Positions 46,177 to 55,305 are shown, counted from the first letter of the stretch. The stretch: 64,000 nt of DNA from Actinomycetota bacterium (GCA_050692915.1 JBOGVU010000001.1:12490-76489), one strand, 5' to 3'. The notes: a model not told the origin generated them from the sequence alone. Program-made: numbers and translations.

Positions 46177-46315
46177 GCTCTGATGCTACAGGCCGGTCGG
46201 GAAAAGGAGGTCCGCGGGCAGGCGCCGCTTCCAGGCCCGATCGGGACCGAGCGGTTCGAGATGATTAGCCCGCTTCTGTACGGGTAAAGGGTGGGGCGAC
46301 GAAGGGAGGACCCGG

Positions 46316-46528
46316 ATGGCACGGCGAGCAGCCATGCTTGAGCTCGACGAGGACCGGGTGCTCAGGGATTACCTGCGGCTCCTAACCGGGGATCACCCGG
46401 CTGAGCCGAAGCTCCGGTCCCCGGGACACGACCTGCGGACCTGCGCGGCATGTGGGCACCGCGCCTCGTTCACCCTCGACCCCGAGGGCACCTGGTTCCG
46501 CTGCACTCGCTGCGGCGAGTACGCCTGA
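46316..46528 (+). CDS. small zinc-ribbon protein (70 aa)
   Basis: GGGAGGA SD 7 nt upstream. CAACGH...CTRCGEYA (two CxxC pairs). Confidence 0.45.
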   Translation: MARRAAMLELDEDRVLRDYLRLLTGDHPAEPKLRSPGHDLRTCAACGHRASFTLDPEGTWFRCTRCGEYA

Positions 46529-46565
46529 GGCGCGACCGCGGCGTACGATTGCGAGCCGAGCTCGC

Positions 46566-48206
46566 ATGGTGGACGCGCCGCGACACGGAGGACACCTCGC
46601 CGCCGCCGCCTTGAAGCACGAGGGCGTCGAGCACCTGTTCACCCTGTCCGGGGGCCACATCGCCCCGATCTACGACGGTTGCGTGGCCGAGGGCATCCGG
46701 ATCGTCGATTTCCGCCACGAGCAGGCCGCCGCCCACGCCGCCGATGGCTGGGCCCGCGTCACCGGCCGACCGGGCGTGGCCGCCGTCACGGCGGGGCCGG
46801 GGGTCACCGACGCGGTCACCGGCATCACCAACGCGATGTACGCGAACTCGCCGATGCTCGTCCTCGGGGGAAAGTCCCCGCTCGCCGAGCTGGAGCGCGG
46901 ATCGCTCCAGGAGATGGATCACGTCACGCTGGTCCGCTCGATCACCAAGTGGGCCCGGACGTGCTGGGAGACCGGCCGGATCGCCGACTACGTGAGCGAG
47001 GCGTTCCGCCACGCCACGTCCGGCCGGATGGGTCCCACGTTCCTCGACATCCCCCTCGACGTCCAGTTCAACGTGTGGCCGGCGGGCCTGGAGGTCCCGG
47101 AGGGCTCCCGGACCGAGGCGAAGCCCCTGGGCGACCCCGACCTGGTGGACCGGGCCGCTCGGCTCCTTCGCCAGGCGGACCACCCGATCGTGTTCGCCGG
47201 GGCCGGCGTCCGTTGGTCCGGAGCGCACGAGGCCCTGGCCGCGCTGGCCGACGCGATGAAGGTGCCGGTGTTCCTGAACTCGCTGGGACGCGGCTGTCTG
47301 CCGCCGGACCATCCCTCGTTCTTCTCGGCGGCCCGGAAGTACGCCCTGGGCAAGGCCGACGCGATCCTGGCGCTCGGGATCGACTGGGACTTCCGCCTCG
47401 GGTTCGGCCGCCGCGGCCTGCCCGATGGGATCCGGGTGGCCCAGGTGGACGTCGACGCGGCGCACATCGGTCGGAACCGGCCGGTCGAGGTGGGCATCGT
47501 GGGGGACCCGGGGAAGGTCATCGGGCAGCTCCTGGAGGCCGGTGTGGGGAGTGCCGAGGAGCCGGCTTGGACCGGTGAGGTGCGGGACGAAGAGCGGCGG
47601 CTCCTCGAGGAGGCCCGGGCCGGGATGGAGTCCGACGCTGTACCGATCCATCCGCAGCGGTACGCCCGGGAGATCCGGGACTTCCTCGATCCCGACGCCA
47701 TCGTGGTCGGCGACGGCGGGGACATCGTGGGTCTCAGCGCCTCGATCATCAACGCCCGCGAGCCCGGCCACTGGCTCGACCCGGGCCCGTTCGGCTGCCT
47801 CGGCGTGGGGCCGTCGTTCGCCATCGCCGCGAGGCTGGCGAAGCCCGACACGCAGGTGCTGATCGTGTACGGGGATGGCTCATTCGGCCTCAACGCGATG
47901 GAGTACGAGAGCGCGATCCGTCAGGGGATCCCCTTCGTCGGGGTGATCGGCAACGACGGCGCCTGGGGCCAGATCAAGGTGGCCCAGGAGGCGCTGTACG
48001 GCGAGGGCAACGCGCCGGCCTCGGTCCTGTCGCAGGAAGCCGGGTACCACCGCATGGTGGAGGGGCTGGGCGGGTACGGCGAGCTGGTCACCGAGCCGAA
48101 GGAGATCCGGCCGGCCCTCGCTCGGGCCTTCGACGCCGGCGTCCCCGCCTGCGTCAACGTCCTCGTGGACCCCTCGCTGATGCGCCGGGCCTCCTACCTC
48201 GGCTGA
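46566..48206 (+). CDS. thiamine-diphosphate-dependent enzyme (acetolactate-synthase/benzoylformate-decarboxylase superfamily)
   Basis: Start at MVDAPRHGG. TPP-binding GDGSFGLNAMEYESAIRQGIPFVGVIGNDGAWG (GDG...N motif), N-terminal Pyr domain GPGVTDAVTGITNAMYANSPML. Confidence 0.85.
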   Translation: MVDAPRHGGHLAAAALKHEGVEHLFTLSGGHIAPIYDGCVAEGIRIVDFRHEQAAAHAADGWARVTGRPGVAAVTAGPGVTDAVTGITNAMYANSPMLVLGGKSPLAELERGSLQEMDHVTLVRSITKWARTCWETGRIADYVSEAFRHATSGRMGPTFLDIPLDVQFNVWPAGLEVPEGSRTEAKPLGDPDLVDRAARLLRQADHPIVFAGAGVRWSGAHEALAALADAMKVPVFLNSLGRGCLPPDHPSFFSAARKYALGKADAILALGIDWDFRLGFGRRGLPDGIRVAQVDVDAAHIGRNRPVEVGIVGDPGKVIGQLLEAGVGSAEEPAWTGEVRDEERRLLEEARAGMESDAVPIHPQRYAREIRDFLDPDAIVVGDGGDIVGLSASIINAREPGHWLDPGPFGCLGVGPSFAIAARLAKPDTQVLIVYGDGSFGLNAMEYESAIRQGIPFVGVIGNDGAWGQIKVAQEALYGEGNAPASVLSQEAGYHRMVEGLGGYGELVTEPKEIRPALARAFDAGVPACVNVLVDPSLMRRASYLG

Positions 48207-48209
48207 GGA

Positions 48210-48485
48210 TCAGCCGCCGCCGGCCTCGGGCCGCACCCCCACGGCCAGGGCGATCCTGGTGAGGTCGGAGCGAACGGAATCGAACCGGGCGTCCATCCGC
48301 TCCTCCAGTTGGTCGATCCGGCCGTCGATCCGTCCCTGGAACCGGTCGATCCGGCCGTCGAGCCGCTGCTCCAGCCGGTCGATCCGCGCCTCGAGCCTGT
48401 CGATCCTCCCCTTGCCCAGCCAGCCGAGCATCAGCCCGACCGCGGCCACCACCACGGTGTTGATCGCCGTGGGGAGCACCTCCAT
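48210..48485 (-). CDS. small membrane-anchored coiled-coil protein with RID(R/Q)LE-type heptad repeats
   Basis: MEVLPTAINTVVVAAVGLMLGWLG then RIDRLEARIDRLEQRLDGRIDRFQGRIDGRIDQLEERMDARFD, encoded by tandem GGTCGATCCGnCC DNA repeats. Confidence 0.5.
   Translation of the reverse strand: MEVLPTAINTVVVAAVGLMLGWLGKGRIDRLEARIDRLEQRLDGRIDRFQGRIDGRIDQLEERMDARFDSVRSDLTRIALAVGVRPEAGGG
48286..48410. repeat. tandem imperfect DNA repeats (cggtcgatccg units)
   Basis: ggtcgatccggccgtcgatccg...ccggtcgatccggccgtcgagccg...ccggtcgatccgcgcctcgagcctgtcgatcc. Confidence 0.6.
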
Positions 48486-48545
48486 CTCCACCGCTCCTTC
48501 CCGGGGAGGACGCCCCGAGCCTAGCACCGGCCCCGGACACGACGG

Positions 48546-48929
48546 TCAGGATCGGGCGCGGGCCGAGCCGAGGAACCGGTTCCGGTCGACGATCACCCGG
48601 ACGTGCTCCCCGCGGGCCACGGGGCCCGCGGCGTCCGTGACCTCGAACCGGAACGTGAGCCGGCGCCCCTCCACCTGGGCCAGCGCCGCCGTCGCCGTGA
48701 CCGTCCCCCCGACCGGGGTGGGGGCCAGGTGGTCGAGGGTCACCGAGGCCCCGACGGTCGTGGTCCCGGGCTCGAGCTCGTCGGCCACCGCGGCCACCGC
48801 GGCCGCCTCCACCAGCGCCAGGACCGCCGGGGTGCCGAGGACGGGGACATCACCGGAGCCGAGGCGGTCGGCTGTCATGTCCTCGGTGACGGTCTCCTCG
48901 ACGGTGGCCTGGCGCCCAGGTTCGAGCAT
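48546..48929 (-). CDS. hotdog-fold thioesterase, paralog of 41606-41980 (FlK-like)
   Basis: TVEETVTEDMTADRLGSGDVPVLGTPAVLALVEAAAV...LDHL is colinear with the 41606 gene (TVSEDMLVDILG...HPVYSTVSMV). Confidence 0.65.
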   Translation of the reverse strand: MLEPGRQATVEETVTEDMTADRLGSGDVPVLGTPAVLALVEAAAVAAVADELEPGTTTVGASVTLDHLAPTPVGGTVTATAALAQVEGRRLTFRFEVTDAAGPVARGEHVRVIVDRNRFLGSARARS

Positions 48930-48954
48930 CGGTGGGTAGGCTAGCGCTCGCCGC

Positions 48955-49740
48955 ATGGACGGACCTGCAGCCACGATCGCCCTGGTGCTGGCGGAGACCG
49001 CCGCCGGCGGTACCGCGCTGCTGTGGCTTGGGGGGTTGTGGGGCTCGGTGCGGCGCGGGTTCTTCGTCCTCACCGGCCTGGCCGCGCTGTTGTGCGCGCT
49101 CATGGCCACCCTGGCCGCCGCGTCCGCGACCGCCGGGCCCCCGAGCGAGGCCGCCAGGCTCGCGGTGGGCCTGTCCGCAGTGACTTCCGCCGTGCTCGGG
49201 CTGTCGGTGGCGGCCCTGATCCTCCGGCTCGAACCCGTGGGCCGGGTTCTCGGGCTCCTGGCCGTCCCAGCGGCCGTGGCCATGCTCGCCGGCTTCGTCG
49301 CTGTCGGCCCGTCCGGCTTCGTCCCGGCGTTCCTCCAGCTCCTGGCGGGGGCGGCGTTCCTCGGCGCCGTCCTCGACGGCCTTCTCCTGGGGCACTGGTA
49401 CCTGACCGATCGACGGCTTCCCCGAGATCACATCCGCCGGTTCTCGCTGATCCTGCTGGTGGCGGTGGGCCTGGAGGCCGCGGCGGTGGCGATCCTGGGG
49501 TTCGGGACCGCCGATCAGGCGGACATCAGCGGGTTCAGCCCTCTCCTGGGGGTGGCCGGACTCACCGGGTGGCTGGCCCTGGGGATGGTGGCCTGCACGG
49601 CGCTGATCGCCGTGCTGATCCGGGCCAGCCTTCGGGGTGAGCGTGCCCGCGCGGTGCAGGGCGCCACCGGGTTCTTCTACCTCGCGGTGATCACCGCGCT
49701 CACCGCTGAGATGGCCGCCAAGGTCGGGTTCCTCGGCTAG
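48955..49740 (+). CDS. hypothetical polytopic membrane protein
   Basis: 261 aa, six or more hydrophobic helices, no motif recognised. Confidence 0.5.
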   Translation: MDGPAATIALVLAETAAGGTALLWLGGLWGSVRRGFFVLTGLAALLCALMATLAAASATAGPPSEAARLAVGLSAVTSAVLGLSVAALILRLEPVGRVLGLLAVPAAVAMLAGFVAVGPSGFVPAFLQLLAGAAFLGAVLDGLLLGHWYLTDRRLPRDHIRRFSLILLVAVGLEAAAVAILGFGTADQADISGFSPLLGVAGLTGWLALGMVACTALIAVLIRASLRGERARAVQGATGFFYLAVITALTAEMAAKVGFLG

Positions 49741-50370
49741 ATGCCTGATCCCTGGGTCGTGGCGCTGGCCGTCGTCGGCCCCGTGGCCGTGGCCGGGGCG
49801 TGGCTGGTGGTGCGGGCTGGCCTCGCCACGGTGTGGACGGCGATGGGGGTCACGCTCGGGACCCTCGGCCTCCTCTCCCTGGCCACGGGGGAACCTCGAG
49901 CCTCCAACGAGCTCGGGCCGTGGTGGGATCTGTTGAGCGGGCTCATGTCGGGGGTGGCCCTGTATGGGGCCACTGCCGCGTTCCTAGCCGTGGCCGGGCG
50001 GTGGCCGCTGCTCGTCCGGCACGCCGCCGACCTGTACGGGCGGCGACGAGGGGTGAGCCCGGGGCGGGCGCTCGGGATCTCGGTGGCGATCACGGCGCCG
50101 GGCGAGGAGCTGCTGTGGCGAGGCGTCGTCCTCGGTGCGCTGGGATCCGTGTTCGCCCCCTGGATCGCCGCCGCCCTGGCCTGGTCCGCGTACGTCGCCG
50201 CGAACGTCGTGAGCGGCAGCCTCCCTATCATCCTGGGGGCGGTCGTCGGCGGCGCGGCCTGGACGGGCCTGGCGGTGTGGACAGAAGGAGTGGTGGCCAG
50301 CATCGGCTGCCACGTCGTGTGGACGGCGCTCATGATCGTGCTCCCCCCGGTGCCGGAGGCCCGGTCGTGA
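49741..50370 (+). CDS. CPBP-family intramembrane metalloprotease (CAAX protease/bacteriocin-processing family)
   Basis: Motif 1 EELLWRG, later H..xW (GCHVVW). Starts immediately after the upstream stop. Confidence 0.7.
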   Translation: MPDPWVVALAVVGPVAVAGAWLVVRAGLATVWTAMGVTLGTLGLLSLATGEPRASNELGPWWDLLSGLMSGVALYGATAAFLAVAGRWPLLVRHAADLYGRRRGVSPGRALGISVAITAPGEELLWRGVVLGALGSVFAPWIAAALAWSAYVAANVVSGSLPIILGAVVGGAAWTGLAVWTEGVVASIGCHVVWTALMIVLPPVPEARS

Positions 50371-51311
50371 AAGAGGTGTCCGAGGCCGCGCGGGTGATCC
50401 TCGAACGAGGGGTGCTGTGTCACCTGGCCGCACCGTCCCGCTCCGGGCCTCACCTGACACCGGTCGTGTTCGCCGTCGAGGGCGAACGGGTATGGGGGAC
50501 CACCGGACGGGGAACGACGAAGGCCCACCGGTGGCGTCGGGACGGGCGGGCGGCCGGTCTGGTCCGCGCGGGCGACGGGTGGGTCTCGTTCCGAGGCCCG
50601 GTGACCTTGTACGACCTCCTCGACCCGTCAACGTGGGCCGACTCCATCCGCCGGATCCGCGAGGTGACCGCTGCCTCGGCCCGGTTCACGATGAAGAACG
50701 CGCGGTTCTTCGCCGGCTACGCGCGTGACGCGGCCCGGGTCCCGCTGGCGTGGACGCCTCCGGCCCGGGTCCTCTTCTCGGTCGATCTCGAGGCCGGGGT
50801 CGTGGCGGAGGGCGACCGGGCGATGGAACGGTGGGGACGCTGGGGACGTCGGATCGAGGGCGTCCCGGCGTACCGGGCGGTGCGGGACCCCGCCCCGAAC
50901 GGCGATCTGCCCGACGGCGTTCGGGCGTTGCTCACCGACCACGGGGAAGGCACCCTCGCCGTGGAGGGCCGTTACGGCCCGGTCGTCCTCCCGGCCCGAT
51001 GGACGCGTTCGGATGGCACGTTCCTGGTGGTGGTTCCCCGCCGGATCCTGACCCTGGCCGCCGCCCCGCCCCGGGCCCCGGCGGCGCTGGTCGTGGAGCA
51101 CGCCTCGAGGTGGCGAGCGGCGAGGATGCGCGGCCTGCTGGTCCGGGATCAGGCCGCCGTGTTCCTCCCCGACGACGTCAGGAGCGGCCGCCGGTCGCTG
51201 GTGGCCGCCATGGGCGGAACGGGCGTCTCGGACCCAGCGGTGGTCCGGCTCCGGGCGGGGAGCGTCATCTGGTGGCAGGGGTGGGCCAGCGGTACCGTGG
51301 AGCGATCGTGA
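50367..51311 (+). CDS. pyridoxamine-5'-phosphate-oxidase-like (PPOX-class, probable F420/FMN-binding split-barrel) protein
   Basis: GTG start overlapping the CPBP stop. VLCHLAAPSRSGPHLTPVVFAVEGERVW is typical of PPOX-class proteins. Second half may be a duplicated barrel. Confidence 0.6.
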   Translation: MKEVSEAARVILERGVLCHLAAPSRSGPHLTPVVFAVEGERVWGTTGRGTTKAHRWRRDGRAAGLVRAGDGWVSFRGPVTLYDLLDPSTWADSIRRIREVTAASARFTMKNARFFAGYARDAARVPLAWTPPARVLFSVDLEAGVVAEGDRAMERWGRWGRRIEGVPAYRAVRDPAPNGDLPDGVRALLTDHGEGTLAVEGRYGPVVLPARWTRSDGTFLVVVPRRILTLAAAPPRAPAALVVEHASRWRAARMRGLLVRDQAAVFLPDDVRSGRRSLVAAMGGTGVSDPAVVRLRAGSVIWWQGWASGTVERS

Positions 51312-51751
51312 GCAGGATCCGCGAGTCGCTCGTCGTCGAGGCCCCGCCCGAGGAGGTGTGGGAGGTTGTCGCCGATCCTCGCAACCTCCCCCGCTGGAAC
51401 CGGTTCATCCGCTCGGTGCGCGACGTGCCGGAGAACGGCCTGCGGGCCGGGTCCAGGTACTCGACGGAGCTGGGCGGGCTCGGCGTGTCGGTGAAGGTGC
51501 GGGCGGTGGTCGAGGAGATCGAGCCGCCCCGATACTCCCGGGTCAGGCTGAGCGGGCCGCTCGACGCAGTGGTCACGACGTGGGTCCGGCCCGCCGGGTC
51601 GCGCCGGTCCCGGCTGGAGCACGAGGTCGAGTACCACCTCCCGGGCGGGCCGGTCGGCGAGCTCCTCGCTCGCACGGTTCGGTTTCTGGGAGGTCGACAG
51701 CTGCTCCGCAGGGGGATCCGGGCCCAGAAGCGGCACGTGGAGGCGGGCTAG
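51308..51751 (+). CDS. SRPBCC (polyketide cyclase/dehydrase-like) protein
   Basis: GTG start with GTGA overlap. VEAPPEEVWEVVADPRNLPRWNRFIRSV matches the SRPBCC N-terminus. Confidence 0.7.
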   Translation: MSRIRESLVVEAPPEEVWEVVADPRNLPRWNRFIRSVRDVPENGLRAGSRYSTELGGLGVSVKVRAVVEEIEPPRYSRVRLSGPLDAVVTTWVRPAGSRRSRLEHEVEYHLPGGPVGELLARTVRFLGGRQLLRRGIRAQKRHVEAG

Positions 51752-51914
51752 TTGACTGCTACGAGACGTGTTGAGGTGGGACGAGTGGCGGATACCGCAG
51801 GGCCTGAACAGGTCGAGGACGCAAGAGGAGCAGACCGGGCCAGAGCGGACACGGAGTGGGGTGGGACGCCAGCGGCGGTAGACACCTCCGGCGCGACGTG
51901 GCACGATCTCGCAG

Positions 51915-52364
51915 GTGGCCGGCAGACCCGCCGCGGCGCAGCACCTGGGCGACCTGGCGCGGCTGCGCCGGGTCCGCGACCGGATCGACCGGGAGTACTC
52001 GCAGCCGCTGGACGTCGAGGCGCTCGCCCGCGGCGTGTACATGTCGGCCGGACACCTCAGCCGCCAGTTCCGGCTCGCCTTCGGCGAGTCGCCGTACAGC
52101 TACCTGATGACGCGGCGCATCGAGCGCGCGATGGCGCTGCTGCGTCGTGGCGACCTCAGCGTCACCGACGTCTGTTTCGCGGTCGGTTGCTCGTCGCTGG
52201 GCACCTTCAGCTCTCGCTTCACAGAGCTGGTCGGCATGCCGCCAAGCGTCTATCGGCGCCAGGCGGCGGGCGCGACGGCGGGGATGCCCCCGTGCGTGGC
52301 GAAGCAGGTGACCAGACCGATCAGGAATCGAGAAGCGCCGGTCACCGAACCGCAGCTAGTGTGA
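51915..52364 (+). CDS. AraC-family HTH transcriptional regulator (short, HTH-only)
   Basis: VEALARGVYMSAGHLSRQFRLAFGESPYSYLMTRRIERAMALL...VTDVCFAVGCSSLGTFSSRFTELVGMPPSVYRR: AraC double HTH. Confidence 0.65.
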   Translation: MAGRPAAAQHLGDLARLRRVRDRIDREYSQPLDVEALARGVYMSAGHLSRQFRLAFGESPYSYLMTRRIERAMALLRRGDLSVTDVCFAVGCSSLGTFSSRFTELVGMPPSVYRRQAAGATAGMPPCVAKQVTRPIRNREAPVTEPQLV

Positions 52365-52368
52365 CGCC

Positions 52369-52779
52369 ATGGACATCACCATTTACCAGTCGTTGCTCCC
52401 GCACGACGATCCGGACGCCTCCCTGGCCTTCTACCGCGACACCCTCGGCTTCGAGGTCCGCAGCGAGGTCGAATATGGCGGGATGCACTGGATCACGGTC
52501 GGCCCCACCGACCAGCCCGGCACGTCCATCGTCCTGTACCCGCCGGCTGCAACCCCCGGCGTCACCGACGACGAGCGCCGCACCATCGCCGAGATGATGG
52601 CCAAGGGCACCTTCGCCAGCATCAACCTGGCCACCAAAGACCTCGACGGCACTTTCGAGCGGCTGCAGGCCAGCGACGCCGAGGTCGTCCAGGAGCCGAC
52701 CGAGCAGCCGTACGGCGTTCGTGACTGCGCCTTCCGCGATCCCGCGGGCAACCTGATCCGCATCCAGGAGCTGCGCTGA
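52369..52779 (+). CDS. VOC-family protein (glyoxalase/bleomycin-resistance fold)
   Basis: [17 protein letters not shown]...HWITVGP...[14 protein letters not shown]. Confidence 0.8.
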   Translation: MDITIYQSLLPHDDPDASLAFYRDTLGFEVRSEVEYGGMHWITVGPTDQPGTSIVLYPPAATPGVTDDERRTIAEMMAKGTFASINLATKDLDGTFERLQASDAEVVQEPTEQPYGVRDCAFRDPAGNLIRIQELR

Positions 52780-52793
52780 ACCGTCCTGAGGAG

Positions 52794-53285
52794 GTGCTTC
52801 ACATGGTTGAGAAGAAATCCGCGAGGAAGGCCACGAAGACGTCCGCCAAACGCGCCACCGCCAAGGGCAAGACGTCCAAGGGATTCACGGCCGAGGAACG
52901 AGCCGCGATGAAGGAGCGCGCCCGAGAGCTGAAGGCGGAAGCGGCCAAGGAGGACGGGGAAAAGGCTCTGCTCGCGAAGATCGCCGAGATGCCGGAACCG
53001 GATCGGGGCATGGCCAAGCGGCTCCATGCGATCATCAAGGCCACCGCGCCAGCCCTTTCGCCGAAGACCTGGTACGGGATGCCCGCGTATGCCAACACGG
53101 ACGGCAAGGTCGTCTGCTTCTTCACAGCTGCGTCGAAGTTCAAGGAGAGGTACGCAACGTTCGGCTTCAACGCCTCGGCGAACCTCGACGAAGGCGCCAT
53201 GTGGCCGACCTCCTTCGCGCTGAAGGAGTTGACCGCCGCCGAAGAAGCAAGGATCGGCGCGCTCGTGAAGAAAGCGGTGAGCTGA
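52794..53285 (+). CDS. DUF1801 (YdhG-like) domain protein
   Basis: Lys-rich N-terminal tail then [19 protein letters not shown]...YATFGF pattern. Start could be the second ATG at 52803. Confidence 0.55.
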   Translation: MLHMVEKKSARKATKTSAKRATAKGKTSKGFTAEERAAMKERARELKAEAAKEDGEKALLAKIAEMPEPDRGMAKRLHAIIKATAPALSPKTWYGMPAYANTDGKVVCFFTAASKFKERYATFGFNASANLDEGAMWPTSFALKELTAAEEARIGALVKKAVS

Positions 53286-53308
53286 GGACTGAGCTCGTCC
53301 TAGCCGCC

Positions 53309-53650
53309 TCAGTCCTTGCGGTCGCCCAGCCGGCGCTCCAGCTCATGGATGTACTTCCGGGTGTTCCGGCGACCCGGCCGGCCGAGGAGGAACGCGATGA
53401 GCGCGCCGATCAGCGCGCAGCCAAGGAATACCCAGATCAGGCGGACCTGGGCGGTGGCGAACACCAGGTCGACCGTGACCTCGCGGGAGTTCCCGGCCAC
53501 GAAGATGATGAAAAGGATCAGTAGCACCAGGGCGACGATGACCTTGACGATCGTTCCGCGGTCGCGCCTGGGCGGCTCGGGGGCGGGCTGGGCGCCCAGG
53601 TCCGCCGGTCGTCCTTCCTCCTGCACGATCGCCTCCTCCGACCTCGCCAT
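53309..53650 (-). CDS. LapA/DUF1049-like small membrane protein
   Basis: 113-aa tail from MARSEEAIVQ, single TM IVKVIVALVLLILFIIFVAG and second helix. The rest of track ORF 53309-54214 is shadow. Confidence 0.5.
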   Translation of the reverse strand: MARSEEAIVQEEGRPADLGAQPAPEPPRRDRGTIVKVIVALVLLILFIIFVAGNSREVTVDLVFATAQVRLIWVFLGCALIGALIAFLLGRPGRRNTRKYIHELERRLGDRKD

Positions 53651-53665
53651 TATGATTGCCCGGCC

Positions 53666-54304
53666 GTGAACGCGACAGCAGCTGGGAAGGTAGCCGGCCG
53701 CCCGGGGAGCGGCCGGCGGGCCCTGTTGCTCGGCGCCGGTGCCCTCCTGGTGGCCGTGGCCACGGCCAGGGGCCGGGGCCGGAGGCTCGACGACCGGCTG
53801 TTCGGCTGGGCGAACGGACGGCAGCATCACCCCGTCCTCGACGAGGGGTTCCGGGCCGTCACCGAGCTCGGGTCGCTGTGGGCGGCGGTGGGCGCGGCCG
53901 GGACCATGGCGGCGGGCGGACGGCGGCGCCAGGCCGCGGACGCCCTGGGCGCCGCCACAGCCATGTGGCTCCTGGGCCAAGGCCTGAAGCGCGCTTTCCG
54001 GCGGCTCCGCCCGTACGAGGCGGACCTCCCCGGCCCCCGCCGGCTCCTGATCGGCAAGCCGCAGGGGGCCTCCTGGCCGAGCTCCCATCCCGCCACCCTG
54101 CTGGCGTTCGTCTCGGTGGCCGGGCACGACCTCGGCCTGGGGGCCGGGGCCCGCGCGGCCCTGACCGGGCTGGCCGGCGCGGTCGGCGCCTCCCGGGTGT
54201 CCCTCGGTGTGCACTACCCGGCCGACGTCGTGGGCGGCCTGCTGCTGGGCCGCGCCGTGGCCGAGGTATGGAGCCGCACGGTCTCCCCGCGGGTCCTCGG
54301 ATAG
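53666..54304 (+). CDS. PAP2-family phosphatase
   Basis: GTG start. Motifs KRAFRRLRP, SWPSSH, SRVSLGVHYPADV (KX6RP / PSGH / SRX5HX3D). Confidence 0.75.
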   Translation: MNATAAGKVAGRPGSGRRALLLGAGALLVAVATARGRGRRLDDRLFGWANGRQHHPVLDEGFRAVTELGSLWAAVGAAGTMAAGGRRRQAADALGAATAMWLLGQGLKRAFRRLRPYEADLPGPRRLLIGKPQGASWPSSHPATLLAFVSVAGHDLGLGAGARAALTGLAGAVGASRVSLGVHYPADVVGGLLLGRAVAEVWSRTVSPRVLG

Positions 54305-54315
54305 ACTCCCTCGCC

Positions 54316-55305
54316 GTGGACCTCTTCGCCGTGGTCGGGTGGCCGATCCTCGATCGGCTCCGTCTGGGCCCGTTGAGCGTCTCGCCGCACGGGATTGGGA
54401 TCGCCGTCGGCTACCTGGCCGGCTCGTGGTGGATGCTCCGCGAGGGTCGGAAGCGGGGTCTGTCCGAGGACCACGTCGGCACGATCCTCCTGTGGGCCCT
54501 GGTGGGGGCGATCGTCGGCGCTCGGCTCTTCTACGTGATCGGGCACTTCAGCGAGTTCGACTCGCTGGCCGAGATGCTGGCGATCTGGCGGGGCGGGATC
54601 AGCCTGATCGGGGGGATCGCCGGAGCCGTGCTGGTGGCGTACCCGATCATGCGTCGCTACGGGTACCGGTTCCTCCAGGTCATGGATTCCGCGGCGATCG
54701 GGCTGGCCTTCGGCATCTTCATCGGCCGGATCGGCGACCTCGTCATCGGCGACCACCTCGGGAAGCCGACGGACTTCTTCCTCGGCTGGGCCTACCGGGG
54801 TGGGCAGCTGCCGGGGCCGTGGTTCGAGACCTCGGTCGGCGAGTGGGTGGCCCGCCTGCCCGGGGGTTTCACCCAGACGTTGTCTCGGGGCGGCGCAACG
54901 CTCGTTGACGGCAGCGGCGAGGTCGTGGCCACCGGCGCCGGCGTCCACCAGACCGCGCTGTACGACTTCCTGATCGCCCTGGGCCTGTTCCTGTTCCTCG
55001 TCTGGCTGAACCGGCGGCCCCGCCGCGAGGGCGTGCTGATCATGTCCTTCGCCATCTGGTACGGCCTCGGTCGGGTCGTCACCGACCTCCTGCGCATCGA
55101 CAAGACGTTCTTCGGCCTGACCGGGAGCCAGTGGACCTCGATCGCCGCCGTGGCGATCTCGGTGGTGATGCTGGTCCGGTTCGCCCGCCGCCCCCTGCCC
55201 GCCGACGAGGAGCCCGCGCCGGTCGCGGCCGGCTCCCCCGACGGCGAGGAGCGCACCACGGACTTCACCCCCCCGCCGGAGCCGGGGGGCTCGGAGCGTC
55301 GCTGA
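54316..55305 (+). CDS. lgt: prolipoprotein diacylglyceryl transferase
   Basis: LGPLSVSPHGIGIAVGYLAG, Lgt signature region GRLFYV..H, GGISLIGGIAG. Start at GTG 54316 after the PAP2 stop; ATG 54268 is an overlapping alternative. Confidence 0.8.
   Translation: MDLFAVVGWPILDRLRLGPLSVSPHGIGIAVGYLAGSWWMLREGRKRGLSEDHVGTILLWALVGAIVGARLFYVIGHFSEFDSLAEMLAIWRGGISLIGGIAGAVLVAYPIMRRYGYRFLQVMDSAAIGLAFGIFIGRIGDLVIGDHLGKPTDFFLGWAYRGGQLPGPWFETSVGEWVARLPGGFTQTLSRGGATLVDGSGEVVATGAGVHQTALYDFLIALGLFLFLVWLNRRPRREGVLIMSFAIWYGLGRVVTDLLRIDKTFFGLTGSQWTSIAAVAISVVMLVRFARRPLPADEEPAPVAAGSPDGEERTTDFTPPPEPGGSERR

Noticed and set aside
46250-46275. cggttcgagatgattagcc resembling a tRNA T-arm
   Set aside because: It lacks the TCC/acceptor context and any cloverleaf-compatible flanks. 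It sits in the promoter of the small zinc-ribbon gene.
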